Virus record (IMG/VR): IMGVR_UViG_3300018080_000129
Span: 1-64,000 of that record
Length of the DNA: 64,000 nt
Strand: one strand, 5' to 3'
Origin: a virus
Positions 24,447 to 35,096 of the stretch are shown here, piece by piece; the stretch's first letter is position 1; each line of letters starts with the position of its first letter. The position numbers were made by a program, and so were the translations under genes. A model generated the notes under the pieces. The model saw only the letters and a list, made by a program, of their open reading frames with translations, had not been told where the DNA came from and did no database searches.

Positions 24447-25202
24447 CTACAGTCTCAGCGTATAACCCTTAACAAAAATCGAGCATCGACAATCTGAATC
24501 GCCCGTATAATAATAGACACGCATGGTGCTGTCATAAAACATTCCAATGTCCGCTTCATTCGTTTGTCGGAACCTATACCACCATGAACCAGCATAAAGA
24601 CCAGCCCTTGTGTAATGATATGTACTGCCGCTCAACCCTTCAAGATAGACTGCACTGTTACCGAAATCATTGTTCCAATTCGACATGAACAAAAGCCGAG
24701 CAGACTGACCATACGTATCAGGAACATAGTTGCTTATATCAATCTGAGTTCGACTTGTACTCCCGCCGCCAGAAAGAACCGTTTGAGGGCCGGGATAAAA
24801 CACTCGACAATTATACTGCTTGAAGTTCAAAAAATCAGCCGTAAAATAACGCAGCACACTTACAAGCCGCTTTTTCGTATATCCTGAAGGCATCGTGGGA
24901 GCAGTATCACTCAAAGAGAAAAGTCCAGCAACCGTTCCACTCGTTGGGTTCAGAATCAAGAATAAGTAATACCAAGTATCATTGCTGACTGAACCTGTAT
25001 CCAATCCGTTTGCGCCATTGCCTGAAATGTCCACATCAATGTTCGATGTGACTTCCATCAAAGCTTCGCCGTCATCCGTTCCCACAATACCTTCCGTGAT
25101 TCGAACAACATCCGTACTCAGATATTCTATACCAAGACGGTCTAACTTCCTCTTGGTGAGAAGCTGCTTGATGCGTTTAATGTCAACGGCTAACTCTGCC
25201 AT
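24447..25202 (-). CDS. fibre-tip/receptor-binding domain paralog 4
   Basis: GANGLDTGS...TWYY...VAGLFS...PTMPSGYTKKR. Confidence 0.75.
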   Translation of the reverse strand: MAELAVDIKRIKQLLTKRKLDRLGIEYLSTDVVRITEGIVGTDDGEALMEVTSNIDVDISGNGANGLDTGSVSNDTWYYLFLILNPTSGTVAGLFSLSDTAPTMPSGYTKKRLVSVLRYFTADFLNFKQYNCRVFYPGPQTVLSGGGSTSRTQIDISNYVPDTYGQSARLLFMSNWNNDFGNSAVYLEGLSGSTYHYTRAGLYAGSWWYRFRQTNEADIGMFYDSTMRVYYYTGDSDCRCSIFVKGYTLRL

Positions 25203-25954
25203 TATAACCTCAATCGAAAAGCCTGAATCAGAGCATCACAATCCACTTCTGAATCAGACACGTAGTAATAAATCCGTGCTGTCGAATAGTAATTTGGCAT
25301 CCATGCGCTTTGAGTACCACGTTCCATGAAAGACATTGGAGTTGCTACGTTGTCATAAGAAGCATACATCAGCATGTAACCGCTTCCACTTTCACACTCA
25401 ATTTGCGCATTGCCTGTTCCATGAAAGCTTGATGAAGTAGCATTGGCAAAAACCTGAAAAGCTTCAGCATGTTCATCAGGAACATAATTCGAACAACTGA
25501 TTTGAACACGGCTTGTTGAACTTCCATTACTCAAAACGCCAATATAGCCAGCATAATGGATTTCTTCATTCCATTGCGTAAAAGCAAGCAAAGCCGTTGT
25601 TCTTCTTGTTGCGCCTATCCATCTTTTCTTCGTATAACCAGAAGGCATTGTTGGGCTGCTTTGACTCGTCGAAAGCAATCCTGCAACCGTATTAGTAGTC
25701 GGGTTGAAAATCAGAAACAGATAATACCAAGTATTGTCCGCTGGAGAACCTGTGTCCAATCCGTTTGCGCCTGAAGAAGTGATGTCTACATTCAAAGTAG
25801 ACGTAACTTCCATCACTACATCGCCCTCGTCGGAACCCACAATGCCTGAATAGATGCTGACAACACTTCCATCCGTGCTTTTGACACGAAGGCTGTTGAC
25901 TTTCTCCAGCAAAGCAGACTGAATTCGTTCTGTAAGTACGACTGTCTCAGCCAT
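25202..25954 (-). CDS. fibre-tip domain paralog 3
   Basis: Same shared core. Confidence 0.75.
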   Translation of the reverse strand: MAETVVLTERIQSALLEKVNSLRVKSTDGSVVSIYSGIVGSDEGDVVMEVTSTLNVDITSSGANGLDTGSPADNTWYYLFLIFNPTTNTVAGLLSTSQSSPTMPSGYTKKRWIGATRRTTALLAFTQWNEEIHYAGYIGVLSNGSSTSRVQISCSNYVPDEHAEAFQVFANATSSSFHGTGNAQIECESGSGYMLMYASYDNVATPMSFMERGTQSAWMPNYYSTARIYYYVSDSEVDCDALIQAFRLRL

Positions 25955-26712
25955 TACAAACCCTTCAACTTGTATCCTGTAACGTAGATAGTGCTATCTG
26001 CACCACTGCCGCTATGATAGTAATAAAGCCGTGTTGGACTCGTATAATACATTGGCAATTCAAAATGACACTCTTGACGATACAGATAAACCGTAGTGGC
26101 TGTTTCGTCATTGCCCATATAAGCCCACTGATTGGTAGTTCCACTCAGTCCTTCAACATAACCTGTTCGACTCGCTTCAATATCTGAACCAGTAGATTCC
26201 AGCCGCCATCGAATGTCCGCACTGAAAGCTTCATCGGGAACATAATTACTCAGATTGATTTGTGTTCTTGATGTTGCACTTCCTGCTGAAAGAACCGTGT
26301 AATTTTGAGCAATATTCACATAGTTATTGTACTGCCGAAAGTATGGAAAAGCAGCAGTGTAATAGCGCAACTTGCTCACTGCTCGTTTCTTGACATATCC
26401 ACTCGGCATTGTTGGATTCGAAGCACTGAGCGAAAACAATCCTGCAACTGTTGTGTAGTTGCTGATGACGTAAAGATAGTACCAAGTGTCGTTGCTTACT
26501 GAACCTGTATCCAGACCATTCAAGCCTGAGTTTGTAATATCAACGGTTATTGTTGAAGGAATCTCCATGATTTCATCGCCGTCGTCAGAACCAACAACAC
26601 CATCACGGAGATAGACAACGCTGGTTCCGTTGCAATCGGCACGAAAACTCTGGAGCATTGTTTTGGTCAACAACGGGTCAATGCGTCCAGCTTTGATTTC
26701 GGTTTCAGGCAT
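25954..26712 (-). CDS. fibre-tip domain paralog 2
   Basis: Same shared core. Confidence 0.75.
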   Translation of the reverse strand: MPETEIKAGRIDPLLTKTMLQSFRADCNGTSVVYLRDGVVGSDDGDEIMEIPSTITVDITNSGLNGLDTGSVSNDTWYYLYVISNYTTVAGLFSLSASNPTMPSGYVKKRAVSKLRYYTAAFPYFRQYNNYVNIAQNYTVLSAGSATSRTQINLSNYVPDEAFSADIRWRLESTGSDIEASRTGYVEGLSGTTNQWAYMGNDETATTVYLYRQECHFELPMYYTSPTRLYYYHSGSGADSTIYVTGYKLKGL

Positions 26713-26723
26713 TTATAATCTCT

Positions 26724-27479
26724 TTACAAATTCAAACAAAAACCGTTCACACCAATATAACAAGATTGACCACTAAATTCGACACTGTAATAGAAACGAA
26801 TTGGCGAAACTGTGAAAATAGGCGCACTAAATTGCATTGCCGAATCTGCTATGTATGATGCAGTATAATGCGAACTCATCGCTGTCCAGAGATTTGTTCC
26901 ATCTGTGGAAAAAAGTACATTGCCACGCCCACCTATATTACTCTGAGGAATATCAATAAGGTTGACAGAACCAAAATCTGCAATAGGAGGTACGTAATTC
27001 GAAAAATCCACAGAAGCATAAGAAGTAGACGTTCCATTCGACAGAACAAGTTTGCGTAGCAAGTAGGAATAATCGTTATTGATTTGTTTGAAAGAATAAA
27101 AATCACTACTACCATCATTTCTTACTGCGCCCACAAGACGCTTCTTTGTGTAACCTGAAGGCATTGTAGGACTGCTACTGGAAGTCGAAAACAATCCTGC
27201 TGTAGTTCCAGTCGTAGGATTGAAAATTAGATAGATGTAATACCACGTATTGGCAGCTTCACTTCCAGTATCCAGACCATTTGCTCCGCTTGCTGTAATA
27301 TCTACCGTAATGGGCGACGAAACTTCCATCAGTCTGGAGCCATCATCGGCACCTGCAATGCCGCTATTGATGTCCACCTGATAAGTCGGATTGCTTGCGT
27401 TGCTTTGGATTTCCAGATACTCCAAGTGCCTCTTTATCGCCAGCGTGGTAAGCTGAGTCGCATTTAGCGTCGTGACCAT
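26724..27479 (-). CDS. fibre-tip domain paralog 1
   Basis: Same shared core. Confidence 0.75.
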   Translation of the reverse strand: MVTTLNATQLTTLAIKRHLEYLEIQSNASNPTYQVDINSGIAGADDGSRLMEVSSPITVDITASGANGLDTGSEAANTWYYIYLIFNPTTGTTAGLFSTSSSSPTMPSGYTKKRLVGAVRNDGSSDFYSFKQINNDYSYLLRKLVLSNGTSTSYASVDFSNYVPPIADFGSVNLIDIPQSNIGGRGNVLFSTDGTNLWTAMSSHYTASYIADSAMQFSAPIFTVSPIRFYYSVEFSGQSCYIGVNGFCLNL

Positions 27480-27504
27480 TTCATCTATCTCCTTGTTCGA
27501 GACC

Positions 27505-30237
27505 TTACAATCTCAAGCGGAAACTCCTGATGTAAACATTCAATGCGCCACCGGCACCCGTCTGATAATAGTAGAAATTGGTAGCTACGAAAATCGGAAA
27601 TCTGACACTCAAAAATATCAAGTAAGCAGCACTACCTACCAATCGAACAATTTCTGTTCCAGCAGATTTTGTACGAATGTAAGCAGTCACAGAACTCGAA
27701 TTGATTTCTTCACATCCAAGTTCAGTTTCTGTAGCCATAGAAGGAACGAAATTACTCATGTCAACAGCCGTAACTCCCGTTGCGCTTCCTGCTCCTAAGA
27801 CAAGCCACCAACGCTGATAATTCACTCTGTCCCCGTCTTGACGAAATTCATACAGATTGCTGCCAGAATCATTGTAAACTGTCCCAATCAAACGTTTCTT
27901 GGTATATCCGCTTGGCATTGTAGGTGAAGTAGCTGATGTAGAAAACAATCCTGCAACTGCTCCAGAAGTTGGATTCTTGATGACCCAAATGTAATACCAT
28001 GTCGAGCTTGCTTCAGAACCCGTATCCAATCCATTGGCACCGCTTGCTGTGATGTCCACAGTCAAATTGCTCGTTGTCTTGATTGTTCCATCCAAGTCAT
28101 CGTTGATACAAATAAGACCTTTCTTGATGTCCACCTGATACGTTGGATTTGTCTGGTTGCTGAAAATCTCAAGCCCAAAGAATGAACCAAAGAACGAACC
28201 TTCAGCACCAAAATCAGACAACAAAGCAAAACGGTTCGCAGCATCAGCACCTTCATCTTGAGCCGCTACAAATGCGTCGGCACCATCATTGGTAACATCG
28301 CTGTGATAACTCAAATCATGTGCCGTAAGCTCCGTGTCTCCATTCATCACCCTGAAGATGAGCTTGTCGTTCAGATTTGCTCCGACCGCCAACGTCACTG
28401 TTGTGGAATTTGTTTCGGTATAGTCATCGCCCACTTCAAGCAAGACACCATTCTTGAAAACAAGCAAACAATGAGTGCCGACAATGTAGGTTCCGCTCAG
28501 ATTGAAAACCGTCTGACCACCCGTCGCCGTATGCTTCTCATAAAGCCCAACCACTCCTGCATCGTTGGCTCCGACCGTCAAAACGGTAACACGCTCATTC
28601 AAAGCCCTTCCTGAATTGAATGTGATGGTATCAGAGTCTGTCTCCACATAGTCATTGCCGCCGCCAACCGTCTGCAAAATACCACCCGAATAGACAAGGA
28701 TGTCATCATAGCCCGGACGATACGTGAAATTCAGATTGTAAACCGTCTGTCCTGCCGTGGATGTGAAATCCTGTCTCGCCGTAATGACGTTCTTGGCACC
28801 ACCTGAGAACTGCATGAAAACAACTTCATCACCCGCGCCCAATCCGGCATTGAAAGTGACCGTATCCGAATCAGTCTCCTGATAATCGTTCGAAGCCCCT
28901 ATCGTCTGCCTGTTCCCGTTTCGATAAACCTGCAAAGCATTTTTGCCAATATCGTAAACACTCGAAAGGTCAAAAACCGTCTGGCCTGCCGTCGCTACAT
29001 GACGCTCATAAATCGTTGGTGCGCCAGTGCCTACACAACAAACCTCTATCCAGCTTGTACCATTGTCCACGAAAAGATGCTGCGTGTCCGTAGTACGATA
29101 CCACAAGCCTGAAAGAGAAGAAGCTGGTCTGTTCGTCAAAAGACCTTCACTGTAATGGCCGTGGTCATCCAACGTTTCAAGAGCTTTTTGAACCGTATTA
29201 TCAGCGGCTGAAAGGAGATGGTCAAAATTGCTTGTATTCGTCGATATATTAGCCGCCGTGCCCGTCACACCAGCCTCGGTATCTCCAAAGGGAACCCGAA
29301 AAATCAGGACATCCCCCGCATCCGCTCCAGCCGTCAGCGTAACTCTCTGATTGTTCGTTTCCGCATAGTCATCCGTGATGGTGAGAAGCTGTCCATTCTT
29401 GAAAACAAGAAGCACATGAGTGCCCGACACGTAAGCTCCAGCCAAATCAAAGACTGTCTGGCCCTGAGTGGCAACATGCTTTTCGTAGAGAGCCACCGTT
29501 CCAGCATCATTGGCTCCTACTCTCAAGACGGCAATCTGCTCGTTCAAAGCACGACCAGAATTGAACGTGATTGTATCCGCATCCGTCTCTACGTAGTCAT
29601 AGCTGGCACCTACTCTCTGAAGGACGCCAGACGAGTAAACCAAAATGTCATTATAGCCGGTACGATAGGTAAAGTTCAAATCGAATGCTGTCTGACCACC
29701 CGTTGCCGTGAAATCCTGTCTGGCTGTCACGACGTTTTTCGAGCCACCCGAAAACTGGATGAAAATGACTTCATCGCCCACGTCCAAGCCGTTAGCAAAC
29801 GTGACAACCAATGTGCTCGTTTCAGTGTATTCCTGATTGACCGTCTGCCTGTTGCCATTACGATAGACCTGGAGAGCATCTTCATCTTTGTTGTAATGGC
29901 TGGACAGGGTGAAAACAGTCTGATTCGCAGTCGCCACATGCCGCTCATAGATGACTGGAGCACCCGTGCCGATAGCGCAAACTTCCACCCACTGCGAACC
30001 ATTGTCCACAAAAAGTTGCTCGGTATCCGTGCAACGATACCAGAAGCCATCATTGCCGTAAGCGGGCCGGTTCGTCAGCAAACCTTCAGAATAACGAGCA
30101 CCAAGCGCAATATCAATTCCCTTCAAATGCGCACTTACCTTGTTGGATGCTTCCAATCCAACAGGCGAAGGCGTATAGTATGAAGGAGAGTAGTCGTAGC
30201 CTACTTTGGTTGCTCGATTAGAACCTCTCAGTCCCAT
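27505..30237 (-). CDS. repeat-containing fibre/baseplate protein
   Basis: Two copies of a block of three ATxGQTVF...VYxNG...DYxET repeats; C-terminal domain homologous to the four downstream genes. Confidence 0.8.
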   Translation of the reverse strand: MGLRGSNRATKVGYDYSPSYYTPSPVGLEASNKVSAHLKGIDIALGARYSEGLLTNRPAYGNDGFWYRCTDTEQLFVDNGSQWVEVCAIGTGAPVIYERHVATANQTVFTLSSHYNKDEDALQVYRNGNRQTVNQEYTETSTLVVTFANGLDVGDEVIFIQFSGGSKNVVTARQDFTATGGQTAFDLNFTYRTGYNDILVYSSGVLQRVGASYDYVETDADTITFNSGRALNEQIAVLRVGANDAGTVALYEKHVATQGQTVFDLAGAYVSGTHVLLVFKNGQLLTITDDYAETNNQRVTLTAGADAGDVLIFRVPFGDTEAGVTGTAANISTNTSNFDHLLSAADNTVQKALETLDDHGHYSEGLLTNRPASSLSGLWYRTTDTQHLFVDNGTSWIEVCCVGTGAPTIYERHVATAGQTVFDLSSVYDIGKNALQVYRNGNRQTIGASNDYQETDSDTVTFNAGLGAGDEVVFMQFSGGAKNVITARQDFTSTAGQTVYNLNFTYRPGYDDILVYSGGILQTVGGGNDYVETDSDTITFNSGRALNERVTVLTVGANDAGVVGLYEKHTATGGQTVFNLSGTYIVGTHCLLVFKNGVLLEVGDDYTETNSTTVTLAVGANLNDKLIFRVMNGDTELTAHDLSYHSDVTNDGADAFVAAQDEGADAANRFALLSDFGAEGSFFGSFFGLEIFSNQTNPTYQVDIKKGLICINDDLDGTIKTTSNLTVDITASGANGLDTGSEASSTWYYIWVIKNPTSGAVAGLFSTSATSPTMPSGYTKKRLIGTVYNDSGSNLYEFRQDGDRVNYQRWWLVLGAGSATGVTAVDMSNFVPSMATETELGCEEINSSSVTAYIRTKSAGTEIVRLVGSAAYLIFLSVRFPIFVATNFYYYQTGAGGALNVYIRSFRLRL

Positions 30238-30265
30238 GATAAGCTCTCCTCGTCTTTGAAATCAA

Positions 30266-31759
30266 CTATTCTTTCGCTGCTGCATTTACGAGTTCATATT
30301 CTCCATCCTGTGGGACTTCTTCTTCAGTCGTGTACTCATAAGCTTCGCCCAAAATCGCTTCTTCCCAATCATGTACGACCTGCTTGATGTCAAATCTCTC
30401 GTTGACCGTCTTTACAGCCCCTTCGACAAGCTGACTACATTTATCTGGATTGTCAAGCAAGGCTATAATCTGCTCGTACCATTCATCTTCTGAATCCACA
30501 AGAATGCCATTCTGCCCGCTTACGATGTCTTCCATAAATGGACTCACATTGCTGGCAATCGTCGGCACTCCGGCAGCCGTATACTCCAGCCACTTGATAT
30601 TACTCTTGGCCGCGTTGAAGTTTGTACCGGCAAGCGGAGCCACGCCGCATTCCGCTTTTGTCTCTTTCGTCATTTCAACATAGGTCTCGACTTCCTTGAA
30701 ATCCATGAACTCAATGCGACCCTTCCACCATACCTTCAGCGGGTCTGCAAGATGCCGTTTGATGATGGTCGGCATGTTTCCGTAGATAAGAAGCCGCACA
30801 TCTTCGCGCTCCTGAAGAACCCTGTCGATGGCTCCCACACATTCCATCCAGTCTCTGTCATGGGTGCCGCTCCCCATCCACAGAATCCGCTTGAAATTGT
30901 CATCACTACCCTGAAACTTCGCAGGGTAGCCGTCATTCAAATCAATGGCGTTCGGAATCACAAGCGTCTTATCAGGACATTTCAATCGCGTCTTGAGAAT
31001 CTCCGTAGTCGTTGTCACCACATCACAGAGCCTCATGGTTCCCGCAGCCGCCTTGTACTGGTCGGCGCGGATATACCGAGCCGCAGGATTATCATCGGGC
31101 AAGTCAAAGATGTCATCGTCGATGTCATAGACAATCCGCTTTCCGCTTCTCTTGAGCCGTTCTATCGTGTAATACTCGCGCCAGTTGCAGAGTCGCTGGA
31201 CAACAAGTATGTCATATTCTTCAAGGAACTCGTAGACAAGCTCTGATTCAGCTATGTCGATGTAGAGCGCATCCTGATTCATGTATCGAGAAGGCACGGT
31301 CATGCGCCAGTATCCGCATCCGCTCCTGTCCTTGAGGAACATCAGCTTCTTCCTGCCGCCTGAAACGTCATTGATAGCTCTCTCGATGATTTCGGTAGCC
31401 ATGCGATGCAGCGTGAAGCCGACAGGAAGCGTTCCAACAGAAGCTTGCAAGCTCTTTTCCTTGACCTGCTCCTGAAAAAGTTTCTTGGCAACCTTGTCGG
31501 CCAACTTGTAATCCTCTTCGTTCAGAACCTGTATCCCGTTATCCCAAATGATTCCGTAAATGCCTTTTCTCATCTTGTAGTTTTCAATTATCCTTGCGCC
31601 CGTCAACAGCTTGATAACGACGTAAGGCAACTGCTGTATCTTTGCGGCAGGAGGCATTGGGGCCGATGTTCCATGAATCCTGCTCTCATGTTTCTCTCGC
31701 TTCCTGCGCTTGTTCTTTCTGCCTTTACTCTTGCTGCTCATTTCATATTCTCCTTCCAT
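30266..31759 (-). CDS. GT-B glycosyltransferase (GT4-like)
   Basis: SGCGYWR, VYDIDDD, VIPNAID, FNAAKSNIKWLEY..AGVPTIAS. Confidence 0.88.
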   Translation of the reverse strand: MEGEYEMSSKSKGRKNKRRKREKHESRIHGTSAPMPPAAKIQQLPYVVIKLLTGARIIENYKMRKGIYGIIWDNGIQVLNEEDYKLADKVAKKLFQEQVKEKSLQASVGTLPVGFTLHRMATEIIERAINDVSGGRKKLMFLKDRSGCGYWRMTVPSRYMNQDALYIDIAESELVYEFLEEYDILVVQRLCNWREYYTIERLKRSGKRIVYDIDDDIFDLPDDNPAARYIRADQYKAAAGTMRLCDVVTTTTEILKTRLKCPDKTLVIPNAIDLNDGYPAKFQGSDDNFKRILWMGSGTHDRDWMECVGAIDRVLQEREDVRLLIYGNMPTIIKRHLADPLKVWWKGRIEFMDFKEVETYVEMTKETKAECGVAPLAGTNFNAAKSNIKWLEYTAAGVPTIASNVSPFMEDIVSGQNGILVDSEDEWYEQIIALLDNPDKCSQLVEGAVKTVNERFDIKQVVHDWEEAILGEAYEYTTEEEVPQDGEYELVNAAAKE

Positions 31760-31782
31760 AAGGAAGTATAGTTCGTCAACAG

Positions 31783-32016
31783 TTACTCCGTCTTTGCGGC
31801 AGCCAAATCAATTGCCTCGACAGAACCGCCAGAAACAGGATAGTAACTGACAGCATTGCAAGAACCGTTGGAACAAGGAACAACAATCACATCGTTGTTC
31901 GGGCCACCATAAGATAACTCCGTATTCACATTCACATCCTGCTGAAAAGTATCACAAGCATCACAACAAAAATCAGCAAGATGCGATTCTATCCGAATGT
32001 TTTCTGCTCTGACCAT
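31783..32016 (-). CDS. small Cys-containing hypothetical protein
   Basis: RBS AGGAG. Confidence 0.55.
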   Translation of the reverse strand: MVRAENIRIESHLADFCCDACDTFQQDVNVNTELSYGGPNNDVIVVPCSNGSCNAVSYYPVSGGSVEAIDLAAAKTE

Positions 32017-32028
32017 CTGATTCTCTCC

Positions 32029-33048
32029 TTAATACTCAGCATCAAGCTCAACATTATCCGCGTTGGCCTGTGTTACACCTGTTGCACTTGCTTGTTGTTG
32101 CTGAATGATTGATTGTGGGTCTTTTCCAATAACAGCGTAATTGCTTACTTGTACGAGACCCGACCAACCTCCAACAGTAACCGTAGGCGTTGCTCTCATT
32201 GGATGAATAAGCATACAATGATAAGCCCAATTGTTAATCAAGTTATACGAGCTTTTCTGAAGCTGCAAATATTCCTGATAGTACCTGAAACACAAAGTCT
32301 TTTCTTGGTCAATATGCCGCTGGTCAAATTCCGTTGCGATTTCTCCCTCTTCGACTTGAACCTGAGAAATATCCGTATTCCCCGTGCCCCCCCAAGCAAA
32401 ACCACCAGACTGTCCAAGACGAGCATCGAAACCAGCACCAGCTTGAAAGAAAATATCCAGCCACAATACACTGTCATTGTTGGTGCCCAATGTCTTTCCT
32501 GAAATCGAAGGGACAGATACGTTCTCAAGGGTACATTTTTGCCATGAAGTGGTCAAAGTAAATTCTTTGTAGCCAAAACCACTGACGATGCTCGAAGGAG
32601 AACCACCTGTACCAAAATACTGAGCCAACTCAACCACTATTTTCTTGCTTCCAATTGTTGACCTTGCATAGAATGAAAAACTCGCCGTTCTACCTGCAAG
32701 CGTCCTTACATCTTCCATACTCTGCCGAAGCTGATGATAGGAATTGACTCCCAAAGAAGCTCCTGCGGTTGAGTTCGCCATCCTCCAAAAATAGGTCGGC
32801 TCGTTTGGAACATCTGTCTGACCTACTGTAAAAGCCTGACGAGAAATAGTACCAGCAGCACTTGTTCCTCCGTGCGCATAGGCCCAATAAACATATCTGT
32901 CTGCATTATACACCGTGTTGTTAGCACCACCGGCAACCGCAAAACTTGTGTCACGCTGCCAAATGTCAAAATCACCATTGATAATCCGATTCTTGAAATT
33001 CAACAAAGCTGATGGTCTAACTTGGTCAGCAGCAAGCGAATGTGCCAT
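32029..33048 (-). CDS. tail fibre protein with a carbohydrate-binding-like domain
   Basis: KNRIINGDFDIWQR...QVQVEEGEIATEF...CFRYY...MRATPT. Confidence 0.82.
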   Translation of the reverse strand: MAHSLAADQVRPSALLNFKNRIINGDFDIWQRDTSFAVAGGANNTVYNADRYVYWAYAHGGTSAAGTISRQAFTVGQTDVPNEPTYFWRMANSTAGASLGVNSYHQLRQSMEDVRTLAGRTASFSFYARSTIGSKKIVVELAQYFGTGGSPSSIVSGFGYKEFTLTTSWQKCTLENVSVPSISGKTLGTNNDSVLWLDIFFQAGAGFDARLGQSGGFAWGGTGNTDISQVQVEEGEIATEFDQRHIDQEKTLCFRYYQEYLQLQKSSYNLINNWAYHCMLIHPMRATPTVTVGGWSGLVQVSNYAVIGKDPQSIIQQQQASATGVTQANADNVELDAEY

Positions 33049-33140
33049 TCTTGTTTCTCCTTGCACCTAATCACACGGATACCCTAAAGATTCCCGTCAA
33101 AACAAACCTTCAAACGGGAACCTGTCTCCGTCCGCAACGA

Positions 33141-33362
33141 TTACAACTGCTCAATTTCGTGCGTACTCGTATTGTATTTGTAGTTCGGGTTGCCGTCGAT
33201 GTCCATCAGGTCATTCGGAATCTCGCTGTCGAACCCGACCGTGACATCCATACCCGACATAGCATCCCAACGAGCACGTTCCGTCTCATCCACAAAACCG
33301 GCTTCAAGAATCTTGTCATTGTCGCCAGTGTCATAACGAGCATACCATTGTGCCATTGTCAC
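33141..33362 (-). CDS. hypothetical protein
   Basis: RBS GGAGG. Confidence 0.55.
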   Translation of the reverse strand: MTMAQWYARYDTGDNDKILEAGFVDETERARWDAMSGMDVTVGFDSEIPNDLMDIDGNPNYKYNTSTHEIEQL

Positions 33363-33540
33363 TTTCCTCCTGCTCTAAAAATGTGAGATATAAGACCGCT
33401 TGGGTGGGAGTCTTGAGATAGACCGTGGGTGTGCTGATAAACAACCATGCCAACATCCGTCATTCCAAGTCTCCCTACGGCAGAGTCAGAAAAACCTGAC
33501 TCGCCCTGCTCCCGAAAGAAGCAAAGCTACCGCACATTAC

Positions 33541-34656
33541 TCAAAGGGCCTCTGCCAATCCTTTCTCGATTTTCTCAACACAACACTTGAGAGAGAAACA
33601 ATCCCTCTCAACCAACTCCCTCGACTTCTTCCTGAACTCTTCTGTTTTCCCTCCTTTCATCTCATCGTATATTTTCCTGAGCATCCTGTCCACATCCTCA
33701 GGGTCTTCCATCCGGCAGTGGAACAAGGCTCCATTTGTACCTTCTCTCGCCAGAACCGGACATCCACAAGCCGAAGCCTCCAAAACCGTCCTCGTATCGT
33801 CACAAGATGGCGTTACCAGCAAATCTGCCGCCCGATGCACCGAAGCAATATCGCTGTGGACGGTGTGGAAATCGCCAATCGTATGACGCAACTCATTGCT
33901 GACCCCATGCACAATGGAATTCCAAGGATGCCGCAAATCCGTCACTTCCTCCCGTGGAATTGCATACATGTGTATCCTTGAGCCAGTATCCATGCAAAAC
34001 TTTCTCGCGCCGTGAAGTATCTGAAACGGGTCTTTGAAAGCCGTATAACGCCAATGGTCGGCAAAGGTGATGTTCAACCCTCCCTTGTCCGCTGGCTTCA
34101 GATACTTGGCTTTGTCTCCCTCTGGCACAAACTTCTCTAAGTCGCAGAAGTGATTGCCGAGGATAACGTTCCTGAAATACGGTTCCCAATAGGGCTGATG
34201 CCGTTTCCAGAGCGTTATGGCAGCCTTCAGCCACGAGCGTGTTGCAATCTGGACTATGAGTCCCCAAGAGCCAAAGAACGGATTCGCTGCTTCCAGCTTC
34301 TGCTTTCTAATCTCTTCGCTTGCCGAAACCTCTCTCATTATCTGAGAGTACAGCGTATATTCCGGCATTCCGTGGGCGAAATAAACTGTCGGTCTCGAAC
34401 CTTCTATCTGCCCCGGTATTCCCGTGTGAAGAAAGTGGATGTCCGCTCTTGCCGCCCACTTCAAATCGGCTAACGGAATTCCCCTTTCTTCCTTATCCTT
34501 CGTCGGTTCCCCTGAGCCGGTCACAATGCCCGTGACATCTATCATGCGGGCGTCCCAACTCAGGTACTCAATCTGACCCTTGCAAATCTCTCTGGTCGTT
34601 TCGTACAAGCCGCTACGATGCTTCGCTACCTGAACAAAGTGAGCGATTTTCAACAT
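33541..34656 (-). CDS. GT-B glycosyltransferase (GT4-like)
   Basis: SGLYET, ADLLVTPS...TVLEASACGCPVL. Confidence 0.82.
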   Translation of the reverse strand: MLKIAHFVQVAKHRSGLYETTREICKGQIEYLSWDARMIDVTGIVTGSGEPTKDKEERGIPLADLKWAARADIHFLHTGIPGQIEGSRPTVYFAHGMPEYTLYSQIMREVSASEEIRKQKLEAANPFFGSWGLIVQIATRSWLKAAITLWKRHQPYWEPYFRNVILGNHFCDLEKFVPEGDKAKYLKPADKGGLNITFADHWRYTAFKDPFQILHGARKFCMDTGSRIHMYAIPREEVTDLRHPWNSIVHGVSNELRHTIGDFHTVHSDIASVHRAADLLVTPSCDDTRTVLEASACGCPVLAREGTNGALFHCRMEDPEDVDRMLRKIYDEMKGGKTEEFRKKSRELVERDCFSLKCCVEKIEKGLAEAL

Positions 34657-34657
34657 C

Positions 34658-34993
34658 TCATTTTCCTTTCATATTCATACTGTCCGGCAGTTCTCCTACC
34701 GGAAAATCCTCACCCTCTACTATTATACGCTTTGCAGGCCATCCTTGAGCTTTTAATTTCTCAATTACTGCCGTCGGCTCAATTTTCAAGGAGGGTCTAA
34801 AGACAACGGCATATTTCCCTGTCTTGACAAGCTCCTTTTTTTCCGCGTTGAAAAAATCAATCGCTATTATCGGCTTGCGGCTCGTCCTTAAAAAACGCAC
34901 AGTCAAAATCTTCTGCCGCGCTTCCGCTTGACCGATAATGCAATACTCCTGCCTGAATCTCTGCTCCTTTTCCTTCGTGTCATCTTCTTTCAT
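34658..34993 (-). CDS. hypothetical protein
   Basis: ORF coupled to the glycosyltransferase. Confidence 0.55.
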   Translation of the reverse strand: MKEDDTKEKEQRFRQEYCIIGQAEARQKILTVRFLRTSRKPIIAIDFFNAEKKELVKTGKYAVVFRPSLKIEPTAVIEKLKAQGWPAKRIIVEGEDFPVGELPDSMNMKGK

Positions 34994-35044
34994 TTTCTTT
35001 CATCCCACACACTCATGCAGAGTGTGAAATTTCATAATGTAGTT

Positions 35045-35078
35045 CTTAGGGAGGACTATATTTCAAGTCCTCCCTAAG
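35045..35078. terminator. 13-bp hairpin after the fibre gene
   Basis: cttagggaggact-N8-agtcctccctaag; no clear U tract on the minus strand. Confidence 0.55.
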
Positions 35079-35096
35079 CTCTTTCCTACACGACGG

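Noticed and set aside
24447-30237. Diversity-generating retroelement or shufflon acting on the fibre tips
   Set aside because: No reverse transcriptase, no adenine-specific template/variable repeat pair, no invertase, and all copies are co-oriented
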